Assembly (NCBI GenBank): GCA_045159875.1
Contig: CP067995.1
Location: forward strand, 288,001 to 352,000
DNA: 64,000 bases
Direction of reading: 5' to 3'
Source of the DNA: a cyanobacterium endosymbiont of Rhopalodia gibba
Lineage (GTDB): Bacteria > Cyanobacteriota > Cyanobacteriia > Cyanobacteriales > Microcystaceae
Shown here: positions 10,279 to 20,852 of the stretch, one piece after another
Layout of the letters: every line of letters starts with the position of its first letter
Position numbering within the stretch: position 1 is the stretch's first letter
Position numbers and translations under genes: made by a program
The notes under the pieces: generated by a model
Database searches by the model: none
The model's input: the letters and a program-made list of their open reading frames with translations, nothing else
Told to the model about the DNA's origin: nothing

Positions 10279-11430
10279 ATGAAATATGCCCTAGTTCACG
10301 AATGGTTGACCCCCAAAGCAACGGGGGGGTCAGAGTTGGTTGTTGAAGAAATTTTACAGCACATTAAAGCAGATCTGTACGCCCTAATTGATTTTGAATC
10401 TACTAATCCTCAAAGCTATCTCTACGGACGCTCAATAGGGTCTACTTTTCTACAACATTTTCCCCTAGCGCGTAATGGGGTACAAAAGTATTTACCCTTG
10501 TTGCCAATTGCCATAGAACAGTTTGATCTACGGAACTATGATGTTGTCTTGTCATCGTCCCATGCGGTGGCTAAAGGAATTCTAACCAGTCCTAACCAAC
10601 TTCATGTTTGTTACTGTCATACGCCAATGCGCTATGCCTGGGACTTAACCTTTGATTATTTGCAAAATTCTCCTGCCGGAAAAGGAATTGTCGGTCTTAT
10701 GACCCGCTATCTTTTACATCGTCTGCGTCAATGGGATGTAGCCAGTGCTAATCGAGTTGATTACTTTATTGCTAATTCTCATCACACGGCACGTCGAATC
10801 TGGCGTTGCTATCGTCGCCAAGCAAAAGTTATTTATCCTCCTGTAAACCTTGAACGGTTTGATTTTACTCCCCACAAAGAAGATTTTTATCTGAGCGTTT
10901 CCCGATTGGTAAGTTATAAAAAGATTTCATTGATAGTGCGGGCATTTAATCAATTGGGTTATCCTTTAGTTATTATTGGTGACGGTCCTGATCTTCCCTT
11001 AATTCGGCAATTGGCTAAGTCCAATATTAAGGTATTAGGGAATCAATCTAATCAGGTCGTTGAGCAATATATGGCTAAGGCCAAAGCCTTTGTCTATGCT
11101 GCTTGTGAAGACTTTGGAATTGCCCTAGTCGAAGCCCAAGCCTGTGGAACCCCAGTTATTGCTTATGGAGGAGGTGGTGCGCTAGAAACAGTGCTCGATA
11201 TTCGTCAATATCCCCAAAAGGGAACAGGAATCCTTTTTTCTTCCCAGACTTCAGGAAATCTAGTTACAGCTATTGAAACTTTTGAAAAGTTTCAACATCT
11301 GATTAAATTGGAAAGCTGTCGTCAACAGGCAGCTAAATTTACTCCGAAAATCTTTGAAATGTCTTATTTAGCGTTTTTAAAAGATTGTGAGAAGGACTTT
11401 ATCCAAAAAAGTTCTGAGAAAAGTTCCTGA
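10279..11430 (+). CDS. glycosyltransferase family 4 protein
   Basis: MKYALVHEWL..GGSELVV, SSSHAVAKG, EDFGIALVEAQACGTPVIAY. ATG 10279 preferred over TTG 10246. Confidence 0.93.
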   Translation: MKYALVHEWLTPKATGGSELVVEEILQHIKADLYALIDFESTNPQSYLYGRSIGSTFLQHFPLARNGVQKYLPLLPIAIEQFDLRNYDVVLSSSHAVAKGILTSPNQLHVCYCHTPMRYAWDLTFDYLQNSPAGKGIVGLMTRYLLHRLRQWDVASANRVDYFIANSHHTARRIWRCYRRQAKVIYPPVNLERFDFTPHKEDFYLSVSRLVSYKKISLIVRAFNQLGYPLVIIGDGPDLPLIRQLAKSNIKVLGNQSNQVVEQYMAKAKAFVYAACEDFGIALVEAQACGTPVIAYGGGGALETVLDIRQYPQKGTGILFSSQTSGNLVTAIETFEKFQHLIKLESCRQQAAKFTPKIFEMSYLAFLKDCEKDFIQKSSEKSS

Positions 11431-11490
11431 TTTTTATGAGCAGAATTGCCATAATTTAGGTCGTCTGGCTTTATGATCGGGAATGTGTGG

Positions 11491-11510
11491 TGTGATGTGA
11501 TGTGATGTGA
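11491..11510 (+). repeat. (TGTGA)4 tandem repeat abutting the AGGAG ribosome-binding site of the sugar transferase
   Basis: tgtgatgtgatgtgatgtga, then aggag, then ATG at 11520. Confidence 0.85.
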
Positions 11511-11519
11511 AGGAGTAAG

Positions 11520-12254
11520 ATGACTGCTAACAGCCAATTTATCTCTGTCAAAGCCTTACAAGCTTTGATGAGACGAGGTTTAACTCCCTCGTTGTCCCAA
11601 AGAAGATATCAAAGGTCATGGTCACAGACTTTATTAGATGGAGATGTTGCCAAGCGAGTCTTTGATATTAGTTTTTCTCTCTTTGTTTTGATTTTCTTTT
11701 CTCCGCTCTATTTGATTTTAGGGTTATTAATCGCCGTCAGTTCTCCTGGCCCTATTTTTTATATCCAGGAGAGGGCTGGTAAAAATTTTAAGAAGTTCGG
11801 TTGTATTAAGTTCCGAACTATGGTTCATAATGCTGATGAGGTTCTAGAGTCGATGATGGCCAACTCCCCTCAGATGCGGGCTGAGTTTGAAAATAACTTT
11901 AAACTTAGAGACGATCCGCGAATTACTTGGATTGGGAAATTTTTGCGTCTAACTAGTTTAGATGAATTTCCTCAATTCTGGAATGTTCTTAAAGGGAATA
12001 TGAGTGTCGTCGGCCCGCGACCTCTAGTTCCTGAAGAACTCTGTAAATACGGGAATCGTATTGATAAGGTTCTCACAATTCGTCCTGGAATTACGGGTTT
12101 ATGGCAAGTTTCAGGGCGCAACGATATTCCTTATCCCCAACGGGTTCAAATTGATATTTATTATGTAAACTACCGCAATTGGTTAATGGATCTTTGGGTG
12201 ATGGTTAAAACCATTGAGGTTGTCGTTTTCCCTAGAAATAACGGAGCTTACTAA
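11520..12254 (+). CDS. bacterial sugar transferase (WcaJ/RfbP/HepC-like priming glycosyltransferase)
   Basis: KRVFDI, KFRTM, DDPRITWIGKFLRLTSLDEFPQFWNVLKGNMSVVGPRP, PGITGLWQVSGRN. Confidence 0.95.
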   Translation: MTANSQFISVKALQALMRRGLTPSLSQRRYQRSWSQTLLDGDVAKRVFDISFSLFVLIFFSPLYLILGLLIAVSSPGPIFYIQERAGKNFKKFGCIKFRTMVHNADEVLESMMANSPQMRAEFENNFKLRDDPRITWIGKFLRLTSLDEFPQFWNVLKGNMSVVGPRPLVPEELCKYGNRIDKVLTIRPGITGLWQVSGRNDIPYPQRVQIDIYYVNYRNWLMDLWVMVKTIEVVVFPRNNGAY

Positions 12255-12255
12255 A

Positions 12256-12293
12256 TTAATTGGGTTATTATTCAATAATAATAACCCAATTAA
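12256..12293. repeat. perfect 17-bp-arm inverted repeat
   Basis: TTAATTGGGTTATTATT-caat-AATAATAACCCAATTAA immediately after the stop codon. Confidence 0.85.
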
Positions 12294-12310
12294 GGATTTC
12301 ATTAGATCGG

Positions 12311-12348
12311 AAACTCCCTTTAACCATCCAGGTTAAGGGGAGTTTTTT
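12311..12348 (+). terminator. Rho-independent terminator
   Basis: AAACTCCCTTTAACC-atcca-GGTTAAGGGGAGTTT followed by a T run. Confidence 0.75.
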
Positions 12349-12421
12349 CAAAAAAAAATAGAAAAAAAGTTATAATTTAAATAAATTTTAAGTCTTCTAT
12401 TATCTATCTCAATTACCGATT

Positions 12422-13005
12422 ATGTCTGATAAGATTTTTTGTTTAGGGTAAATTTTCTATCCTGGGGACGCACCGGCGAATATGGCTTGTCCTTTTTATT
12501 TGGTTGTGAGAACATTAGGAGCAACCTATCTATCTAGCTAAAAAACTATATATAAAACATTAATATTGGCTAAAATTTGACAAATTAAAATACTGTTGAT
12601 ATCAACTGGTAACCCATTTTTGATCTCAATTTAGAGAGGGCAATGTTTCTGATTAAAGACCTATTACAGTAAGCCGATTGATTTGATTAAAAGTTCAGAT
12701 GAAGACATTTAATAGCTATTTAGCACAGATAATTCCAAGTAAATTGCTCGACAATTGCCTCAAGTTTCAGGAATATCAGTCACAGCAGGAAGAAAAAACT
12801 GTAAATATTGTTTGAGAGAGGCTCGTAAACGAACTAGATGCTTTTGGAGTGAATGTAAACGAGAGCAGGGGATAGTTTTGTTGCTGGGTTTATTCGTCGA
12901 TATTGTTTAATATAGGCGATCGCCTATATTAACAATATCGGTCCACTAATCACCACTTAAGCTGGAGCGAGCAACAAGTTGCTGAGACAGTTGAGTTTCT
13001 AAGGC
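12422..13005 (+). pseudogene. PfkB-family carbohydrate kinase (fructokinase-like) pseudogene
   Basis: Collinear fragments MSDKIFCLG*IF, YPGDAPANMAC, DINW*PIF, GISVTAG, (R)AGDSFVAGFI and ITT*AGA, with stops, frameshifts and deletions. Confidence 0.85.
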
Positions 13006-13110
13006 TTTACAGAGCAGATTATGTTTTAATTGTATCGTAGACTTACGTACCTTAATCAAGAGAAGTTTTAGGCAGAAAAATGACCTAATTTTTCTTATCA
13101 ACTAAATCTC

Positions 13111-13596
13111 GTGATTGCAATTTATCCTGGCAGCTTTGATCCTATTACCCTCGGTCATCTTGACATTATTGAACGGGGTGGAAAGTTGTTTGAGCAAATT
13201 ATTGTTGCTGTGTTATGCAACCCTAATAAACATTCGTTATTTTCTGTCGAAAAGCGCGTTGGACAAATTCGTGAATGCACCCAACATTTAATTAATGTTA
13301 AAGTTGATAGTTTTACTGGACTCACAGTAGACTATGCTAGATTACGTAGCGCTGGGGTTTTATTAAGAGGGTTAAGAGTTTTATCAGATTTTGAGAAAGA
13401 ACTCCAGATGGCCCACACCAATAAAACACTTTCTGAAGAAATAGAAACCGTCTTCTTAGCGACAACCACTGAATATAGTTTCTTAAGCAGTAGTAATGTT
13501 AAAGAAATTGCACAATTTGGCGGATCTATCTCCCATTTAGTTCCTGAAAATGTAGCTAGAGATATTTATCGGTACTATCGTGAAAGTCAATCATAA
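13111..13596 (+). CDS. coaD: pantetheine-phosphate adenylyltransferase
   Basis: [45 protein letters not shown] start. Confidence 0.98.
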   Translation: MIAIYPGSFDPITLGHLDIIERGGKLFEQIIVAVLCNPNKHSLFSVEKRVGQIRECTQHLINVKVDSFTGLTVDYARLRSAGVLLRGLRVLSDFEKELQMAHTNKTLSEEIETVFLATTTEYSFLSSSNVKEIAQFGGSISHLVPENVARDIYRYYRESQS

Positions 13597-13631
13597 TTTA
13601 TACTTTTTGAGAGTCTATTAACTTAATCTCT

Positions 13632-14330
13632 ATGCTACGCCGAAATCCATCATCCAGTAATGAAACGGTCAACCATCAAAATAAGGCTATGACCAATCGC
13701 CGAGAAGTTGATTTTGATATTCAACGAGAACTTGCTCGTCTTCAGGAAATGATTTATGAAAGTTTTCATATTCCTTTAACACGATGGACAATGATTGATG
13801 AAGCAAAATTAATTGATCAACTCGATCTCATTGGAGATAAACTTCCTGAGTCAATTCGCCAAGCTTTAATGGTTCTCGATCAAGAAGAGCAACTTTTAAC
13901 AGAAGCGGAAGCTTATGTACAACAAGTTATTCAATCAGCTAAGCAACAAGCAGCGCAAATCTTGGATGAGACACGAATCATCCAACAGGCGCAACAAGAG
14001 GCTAATCAACTACGGCAACAGGTTCAGCAAGACTGCGAAACAATACAGAAACAAACTGTGGCAGAAATGGAACAGTTACGCCAATTAACAACGGCGGAAA
14101 TGCAAAAATTGCGTCAGCAAAGTTTTGCAGAATCTCAAAAACTTCAAGAGGATGCCGATAATTATACTGATAGGGTGCTGACACAGCTAGAACAAGAACT
14201 TAATAGTATGCTTAATGTTATTCGTAATGGTCGCCAACAACTACATACAAATTCATCAACACGCTCTTCATCTTATTCACCTAAAAATCCTTCACTGAAT
14301 AGAAATCCAACTTCTGGAAAACAGAGATAA
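13632..14330 (+). CDS. DivIVA-like coiled-coil cell division protein (Cdv3-like)
   Basis: DIQRELARLQEMI..SFHIPLTRWT.IDE..L.DQLD, long Q/E-rich coiled coil, position directly after coaD. Confidence 0.8.
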   Translation: MLRRNPSSSNETVNHQNKAMTNRREVDFDIQRELARLQEMIYESFHIPLTRWTMIDEAKLIDQLDLIGDKLPESIRQALMVLDQEEQLLTEAEAYVQQVIQSAKQQAAQILDETRIIQQAQQEANQLRQQVQQDCETIQKQTVAEMEQLRQLTTAEMQKLRQQSFAESQKLQEDADNYTDRVLTQLEQELNSMLNVIRNGRQQLHTNSSTRSSSYSPKNPSLNRNPTSGKQR

Positions 14331-14339
14331 CACGACAAA

Positions 14340-14601
14340 TTTACTCTTACTCTTACTTTGTAGAAATCATTATCTATCTTCATTTAATCAGTTAATTTGG
14401 GGGTAGAAGTGTAAAGAATTTATCAAGACTTAGTCCAGCGCAATAATTACAGAAATTAATTAAAGAAAGATCGCCAAGAAAAAACACCAGACTACTCATC
14501 TATTCGTTGTTCATAGGAATTAGGAGGGGCGTTTGAAGAAGTGAGCGAGTGCTTAACTCAACTAGAATATTTAAGTATTGAAGTCATTACGACAGAATAA
14601 A
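14340..14601 (+). pseudogene. degraded small ORF, possibly NIL-domain-like
   Basis: Stop-interrupted frame ...RIYQDLVQRNNY...*ELGGAFEEVSECLTQLEYLSIEVITTE*. The resemblance to a NIL domain C-terminus is weak. Confidence 0.25.
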
Positions 14602-15552
14602 GTTATGCATCCTCTTAACTAAAGACTAAAGACTGTATTAGGATCTGGGATAATTTGGTAAAACCTTTTTAGAAAATTAATCAAAATTAAAATCGTCGTT
14701 AACTCCAAAAAGAAACCGCAAAGAACCGAATTAATGCTTTACATCCTCTAGGAAGAACTTTTTATGAATGTTACCGAAAAAAATCTTTAAATTTTTGATA
14801 AAAGCAAGACACCAGTAATTAAAGTTTTTTTTGATGACTTTCTATTGTTGTATTCGTCATATTATTTAGTGCGTCAAGAGGAATAGTTTGATATCTTAGA
14901 AAAGAGGTACAGAAAAAATATCTGTATCAACCTGTCATAATTAACCAACTTATCCGATTTGTAGATTGAATTTAATTTATGAAAAAAAGGTTATTCTTAG
15001 TATCTATCTAATAAAAATTAGACGTTAATAAGCTGTTTAAATAGACATTTTATTTTAGTTAAATAAATAGTTATCACGACAAATAGCTAGTGCACCTTGT
15101 TTTTTGGCTGGATTAGTTAAATGTAAAAAGTGTCAATCTTTAATGAAGATTACTCAAGTAAAAATTTTACAAAAAAAAGAATATCTTTATTTTTATTCTT
15201 AAATAATATTCCAAGAAACTTAAATTTAAAGGGGTACTTATAAAATTTTTTAGCTAAAAAAATTAAACATACTTGTTGCTATCTACAGTTTTTTAGTCAA
15301 CCTTTTTTAAGGTTGATGATTTTAGATAAAATCTATAGAATAGTAGATAAGAATATTAAATAATTATTAACTAGGATTAAAACAGTAATTTTCAATGTAA
15401 AAATAACACAATTAAGGCAGTTTTTTATATAAAGAAGTCGCTAAAATAAGATCTAAAATCTCACTATTTATAAATAAATAGTTTAGTCCTAGTATAATTC
15501 AGAAAAAATATAACGAAAATTTTGTTTTTGATAATTTATCCAATAGGTAAAA

Positions 15553-15585
15553 ATTAGTACCCTTTTTTAAAGAAAGGGTACTAAT
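15553..15585. repeat. inverted repeat in intergenic DNA
   Basis: ATTAGTACCCTTT...AAAGGGTACTAAT, 13-bp arms. Confidence 0.7.
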
Positions 15586-15739
15586 AATCAAGGTTTATTT
15601 TTTAGAGAGTTTATTTTTTAAATAGCATTAACACCAATTTTTTTGTCTTTTATCTTAAATTTTTCAAGAAGGTTATCAACTAGTTCTAAATTTCTGACTA
15701 CTCACTGTTTAAGTAGCTTCAAAATTCAAGAATAGGACC

Positions 15740-16120
15740 TTTCCACCATAAACTAGTTGGAGATCTTGATTAAGATATTTTAGGAGTATTCATGGGCGGT
15801 TTACAGAAGCAAACAAAAGACAATTTAATAAACTTAAGTCATTAAAATTTTTAATAATCTTTTCGAGATTATGATTAACTACTAAGATAGTTTCTTCGGT
15901 TGTAACTAATTCTCAAAACATACTAAATAAACTATTCTATGATTAACTGAAATAAATTCTGATATCGCTTTTTTCCGGAAACTTTTTACGCTCTATCGGA
16001 TCTAATCACTCCCGTTAACTTTCCTTGTTTAACTTCGACCTTGAGTGTAATACCTAGTAGTGCCTCCCTCCACTGTCGGGTCGGATAAAATCCCCCTCAA
16101 TTGCTAACTGTGATTTAGTG
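15740..16120 (-). pseudogene. ABC transporter ATP-binding protein remnant
   Basis: ALLGITLKVEVKQGKLTGVIRSDRA*K resembles a decayed Walker A region (GxxGxxGAGK). Downstream ASVNRP*ILL resembles the pre-Walker B segment. Confidence 0.4.
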
Positions 16121-16939
16121 ATTCTTCATTGGTTTTATCTTTAACTTTCATACAATAAATTCTTTCTTGGATAACTTAAAAATGAGACAATCATCAAAAT
16201 CTCTTCTTAAAGAGATTTTCGAAATGATAAATTATTGACAAAGGTTATTGACTTAGAGAACTATTTTAAGATCGGAAATTAATGACTGTTAGCCACCTTA
16301 TTTTTAAAAACCCGTAGATAATAACTAATGACTCAAAAGTGCTATTTACCAGTTTATTTCTCAAAAATTTAGGTTTAATGATGAGGAAATTTTGAACTGG
16401 AAGCTGAGTTTAACATTTATGAACTTGTTCCTATAAATAGCGTAGCCTTAAAAGAAGTAGCTTTAATTTTATCTTATGGTTGTAATGTCCGACTTTGATT
16501 AATGAAATTGATTAAAGTTGTAAAAATTCTAGAAATTAAAGATAAATAAGTAGCTGTTGGGGAGGTAATTACTACCTTAGATTTTAAGTATTAAGGATAG
16601 ATAGCAAATGAGTAACAGAGAAATAAGAAAGAATATTGTTAATCAATCTTCCTTGTATTTTCATGAAGTATAAGAATCCTATAACTTTGTTAGTTAATTC
16701 AAAGTAAAGATTTTTAGTCGGTCTCTTGTCTATATATTTAATCGTGAATAATTAAGCAGAGTAAATAATTTGCCTGAAAAATTAAATCTGATTCTTCTGA
16801 ATTTGTCATGATGAATCCAGTAGCTGAGAACTTCCAAAACTCTTATTTTGACCGTATTCTGTCACTCTAAAAATTTGACTTTTATAAGAATTAAGTTTTT
16901 AGAATCTTAGGAAGATTGTAAGGTAAGATTTTTAGCTTG

Positions 16940-17284
16940 TGTTTATTATGATTTGGTCACAGCTGGTCTGAAAGAGTCATCATTGTTTCTAGGTGCAACT
17001 TATCTCCTCGCTTTGGCTAGATTAGCTCCTCCTACTATTTAAGTTAGCTCTCACTATACTTCATCTAACTAATCAACATTCGTTAAACAAATATCTCCGC
17101 TAACCTAGGATGCCGTACAAGGATAGCTTTATTTTGCCGCAACCCTGCCTTAATCTCGCAATTGTTGTTGTTTTAGGTCACACCTATTGTGGGAGCAATG
17201 TTAGTAGGATGGCTATACAAAAATTTTTTGAACCTAGAGGTAACCGTAACTGAACCCGCAGAAGTTCCTCAAACTAATGCTTAA
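16940..17284 (+). pseudogene. aqpZ: aquaporin Z pseudogene (3' half only)
   Basis: Fragments LGAT..LARLAPP, LALTILHL and TNISANLGCRTRIALFCRNPALISQLLLF*VTPIVGAMLVGWLYKNFL match the AqpZ pattern TNTSVNPARSTGVALF...QLWLFWVAPIVGA. The NPA motif is destroyed. Confidence 0.85.
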
Positions 17285-17410
17285 TCAATTAGCAATTGTC
17301 TCTAAATTTTTTCTGATGTGCATAAATACTGATCAAATTTTGCTTTAACAGAGTTCCTTGACCGCAACTTTCAGGCATAATGAAAAAGCAACTGAGGTTA
17401 GCGACTCAAA

Positions 17411-19057
17411 ATGCCTATGCCTTTTTCCCCCAGTCGTCCATATAAAAGTAAACTTTTCAATTTTGTGAATCGTCAGTCCTTAGAATTACGTGATCGTTTA
17501 GTCCATATTGTCCGACGTCTAAGGGTTACGGCTGAGTGGGGAACACAAATTCTTGTTTATCCATTCTACTTGTTTGTGCAAGCAGGCCGAACAGTTCGAC
17601 GGCAATTGGGACAGACTGTTGAACGAATTTCTTTATCTTCTGGGGAAATTTCTTCTTTTCCCTTGAATAGTGATCGTCCCCTAAATAAAGTTTTACAAAA
17701 AATTGAACCTTGGTTAGCCTCTTCTGAATTCCTATTGCTGGAAGAAGTTACACAGACACAAACTGACAGTGGTAATTTGACTCAGAAGTTCACGATTCAA
17801 GGAATTGCTAGTGTTTTAGATAGCTGTTATCTAGTGTTAGTCAAGTCAAACAATCAGACTGTTGATCTTCTTTCCCCCAGTCAACAAAAAATTATTCAAA
17901 AGCTTATTCAGGTAGAAACTGCTAACTATTGGTATAATCGTCGCTTCAAACTAACTCAATCTCGCAAAACTCCTGGTTTAATCTCTAGCTTTTCCACTAA
18001 CCCCCAAAATGTCTTACCTCCAATACGCTGGTTTTGGCAGGGAATGCGATGGATGCAAACAAGTCCAATAGCAACAAGACTTAATCTATTTGGGGAATCT
18101 TTTATAAGAGTTAGAGTTGAGCATCGGACAGTCAGCAGTGCAGTGAACCAATCATCTCATTTGAATCTTAAATACTTGAAAAACGTTACTCAAAAAGCAA
18201 CAGACTACTTTTATGGAAATTCTCAATTAAAACAATTATTCTCTGAAACTAATCAATCAATTAATGTCTCTTCAAGAAGTAGGTCAAAAAGATTGTCTTC
18301 TCTACAAAATAGATCTGAATTATTTCAACATAAAACCATTAATTCTAATGTAAAACCAGTTAAAAAAATTGGAAAAAAGCTACAGCAATGGATAAACTTG
18401 TCTTTAAGAGAAGAGATAAACAACCCTTTTCAAATTAGGAAACTAATTTTTGCGGCAATTGATTACCTTGTCCGCAAAAAAAATTTTAATTTTCAATTAA
18501 AACAAAAACAGTCTATTGAAATTATTAAATCTAATTTTTTATCGTCTAACCTTGGTTTACATCAATCTAAATTGACTAATGAAAAGATCGATGATCTCTG
18601 GTTATCTTGGGATGATCTTTATTCAGGGGAAAAAACTTCTAACTCATTCAAAAAGTTAACTGATTCACCTATGGACTTACCCCAAGCTTCCAAAGAAGAA
18701 ACTAACTTGGCTAAATTTTTCAAGAAAGACCTAAAAATACATTTTAGACGCCAGAGTAAACAAAAAACAAGAAAAAAAAATAAGAAGTTTAAACCTGTTG
18801 CTATATCTGTCTCTAATGTTAAAATAAGACAAAATTTTTCTGGTAGAATTTCGTCTACTCATCCCGCTTTAAAAAAACCAAAACCTCAAGATAATCTTAG
18901 AGAAATACTACCAAATTGGATTGAAACCGAAGCTAAGTCTACGGGGTATGTTAAACATCCCTTAGAGAATATATTAGGATGGCTTGATATGATTATTTCC
19001 TGGATAGAAAGATTAGGAAGTAAACTATGGGAAGCATTACGAAAGTTAACTAAATAG
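17411..19057 (+). CDS. conserved cyanobacterial hypothetical protein
   Basis: 548-aa uninterrupted ORF with cyanobacteria-like termini (YKSKLFNFVNRQS..., WIETEAKSTGYVKHPLE.IL.WLD) and a K/S/N-rich low-complexity middle. Confidence 0.75.
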   Translation: MPMPFSPSRPYKSKLFNFVNRQSLELRDRLVHIVRRLRVTAEWGTQILVYPFYLFVQAGRTVRRQLGQTVERISLSSGEISSFPLNSDRPLNKVLQKIEPWLASSEFLLLEEVTQTQTDSGNLTQKFTIQGIASVLDSCYLVLVKSNNQTVDLLSPSQQKIIQKLIQVETANYWYNRRFKLTQSRKTPGLISSFSTNPQNVLPPIRWFWQGMRWMQTSPIATRLNLFGESFIRVRVEHRTVSSAVNQSSHLNLKYLKNVTQKATDYFYGNSQLKQLFSETNQSINVSSRSRSKRLSSLQNRSELFQHKTINSNVKPVKKIGKKLQQWINLSLREEINNPFQIRKLIFAAIDYLVRKKNFNFQLKQKQSIEIIKSNFLSSNLGLHQSKLTNEKIDDLWLSWDDLYSGEKTSNSFKKLTDSPMDLPQASKEETNLAKFFKKDLKIHFRRQSKQKTRKKNKKFKPVAISVSNVKIRQNFSGRISSTHPALKKPKPQDNLREILPNWIETEAKSTGYVKHPLENILGWLDMIISWIERLGSKLWEALRKLTK

Positions 19058-19069
19058 TGTTAGCGTTTC

Positions 19070-19101
19070 CTATATTGTTCTGTTATTTCAGAACAATATA
19101 G
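19070..19101 (+). terminator. hairpin after the 548-aa ORF
   Basis: CTATATTGTTCTG-ttattt-CAGAACAATATAG, perfect 13-bp stem 12 nt after the stop codon. Confidence 0.6.
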
Positions 19102-19419
19102 AGGATGTTATCACACTTCACTTTACCTTCGATAAGGTTAGAGTAAAATTTAACTAAGAGTTAGTTATAAACATATTTATTGACAGTTAGGAGTATATTT
19201 ATGAGCTAATTGTGTTCAGCTTGTCTTAGAAAGAGTACTATATTACTCCAATCTTAAAAACTCTAAATAGAGTTTAAAAAAAAGGAGATTAGCCCTTACT
19301 ATAAAAAAGGTTACACTCAATACATGACTAAAAAAAAAGATAAGCTTTAGAGGGAAAAAAACGCTACTATACACAAGTGATATGTAAACGATGTATCTTC
19401 TAAAAATTAGTAGACCTAC

Positions 19420-20826
19420 ATGAGTCAAAGAACCCTATTCGACAAGGTTTGGGATGCCCACACCGTTCAAATTTTACCCTCAGGACAAACTCAACTCTTT
19501 ATTGGACTCCATCTAATTCACGAAGTCACCAGTCCCCAGGCATTCGCTATGTTGCGTGAAAGAGGGCTGGAAGTATTGTATCGTGATCGCACTGTCGCTA
19601 CCGTCGATCACATTGTCCCGACAGAAAATCAATCTCGTCCCTTCGCTGACTATTTGGCCGAAGAGATGATTCAAGCGTTAGAAACCAACTCTAAAGAAAA
19701 TGGCATCTCCTTCTATGCTATTGGCTCAGGAAATCAAGGAATTGTTCATGTTGTCGCACCAGAACAAGGGTTAACCCAACCAGGGATGACTATTGCCTGT
19801 GGGGACTCTCATACCTCTACCCACGGAGCTTTTGGGGCAATTGCCTTTGGGGTAGGAACCTCTCAAGTTAGGGATATCTTAGCTTCTCAGGCTCTAGCTC
19901 TGTCTAAGCTAAAAGTCCGCAAAATTGAAGTTAACGGGACTTTAGGCTCTGGAGTATATGCTAAAGATGTGATCCTCCATATTATACGTAAATTGGGAGT
20001 CAAAAGAGGGGTGGGTTACGCCTACGAATACGCCGGAACTACCTTTGAGGTCATGTCCATGGAAGAAAGAATGACAGTGTGTAATATGTCTATTGAAGGG
20101 GGGGCTAGATGTGGCTATGTAAACCCCGACCAGGTGACCTTTGACTACCTTAAAGGAAGAGATTTTGCCCCCACAGGAAACAATTGGAATAGGGCAGTAC
20201 AATGGTGGAAAAGTATCCGATCTGATGAGGATGCAATCTATGATGATGTTGTGGTATTTGACGCGGCGGAGATTGAGCCGACGATTACTTGGGGAATTAC
20301 CCCAGGTCAAGGAATTGGAATTGATGAAAAGATTCCTACCCCTGAAAGTTTACCCGATAGTGAATGTGCGATCGCCCAAGAGGCTTATCAGTATATGCAA
20401 CTTTCCCCAGGAACCCCCATCAAAGGCACTAAGGTGGATGTTTGCTTCATCGGGAGTTGCACTAATGGTCGTATTAGCGACTTAAGAGAAGCGGCTAAAT
20501 TTGCCGAAGGACACCGGGTTTATCCAGGAGTAAAAGCTTTTGTAGTTCCAGGTTCAGAACGGGTGAAACTCCAGGCAGAAGCTGAAGGTCTTGATAAAAT
20601 TTTTGTTGAAGCTGGATTTGAATGGCGCGAGGCTGGATGTTCGATGTGTTTGGCTATGAACCCTGATAAGTTAAAAGGAGATCAAATCAGTGCCTCCTCC
20701 TCTAACCGTAATTTTAAAGGCCGTCAGGGCTCATCTACTGGACGAACCTTGTTAATGAGTCCAGCAATGGTAGTAGCCGCAGCTATTAAGGGAAAAGTAG
20801 CTGATGTCAGGGAATTATTATCCTAA
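19420..20826 (+). CDS. leuC: 3-isopropylmalate dehydratase large subunit
   Basis: [51 protein letters not shown]. Confidence 0.99.
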   Translation: MSQRTLFDKVWDAHTVQILPSGQTQLFIGLHLIHEVTSPQAFAMLRERGLEVLYRDRTVATVDHIVPTENQSRPFADYLAEEMIQALETNSKENGISFYAIGSGNQGIVHVVAPEQGLTQPGMTIACGDSHTSTHGAFGAIAFGVGTSQVRDILASQALALSKLKVRKIEVNGTLGSGVYAKDVILHIIRKLGVKRGVGYAYEYAGTTFEVMSMEERMTVCNMSIEGGARCGYVNPDQVTFDYLKGRDFAPTGNNWNRAVQWWKSIRSDEDAIYDDVVVFDAAEIEPTITWGITPGQGIGIDEKIPTPESLPDSECAIAQEAYQYMQLSPGTPIKGTKVDVCFIGSCTNGRISDLREAAKFAEGHRVYPGVKAFVVPGSERVKLQAEAEGLDKIFVEAGFEWREAGCSMCLAMNPDKLKGDQISASSSNRNFKGRQGSSTGRTLLMSPAMVVAAAIKGKVADVRELLS

Positions 20827-20828
20827 TG

Positions 20829-20852
20829 GTAGAGTGGCAATACCCACCTTAT
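20829..20852. repeat. degenerate REP-like palindromic element
   Basis: gtagagtggcaatacccaccttat directly after the leuC stop; same family as the copy at 43859-43883. Confidence 0.55.

Noticed and set aside
19243..19428. Short AT-rich ORFs at 19243, 24532, 46963, 49501 and 56844
   Set aside because: Low-complexity F/L/I/K/N composition, no RBS or motif; expected by chance in AT-rich DNA.
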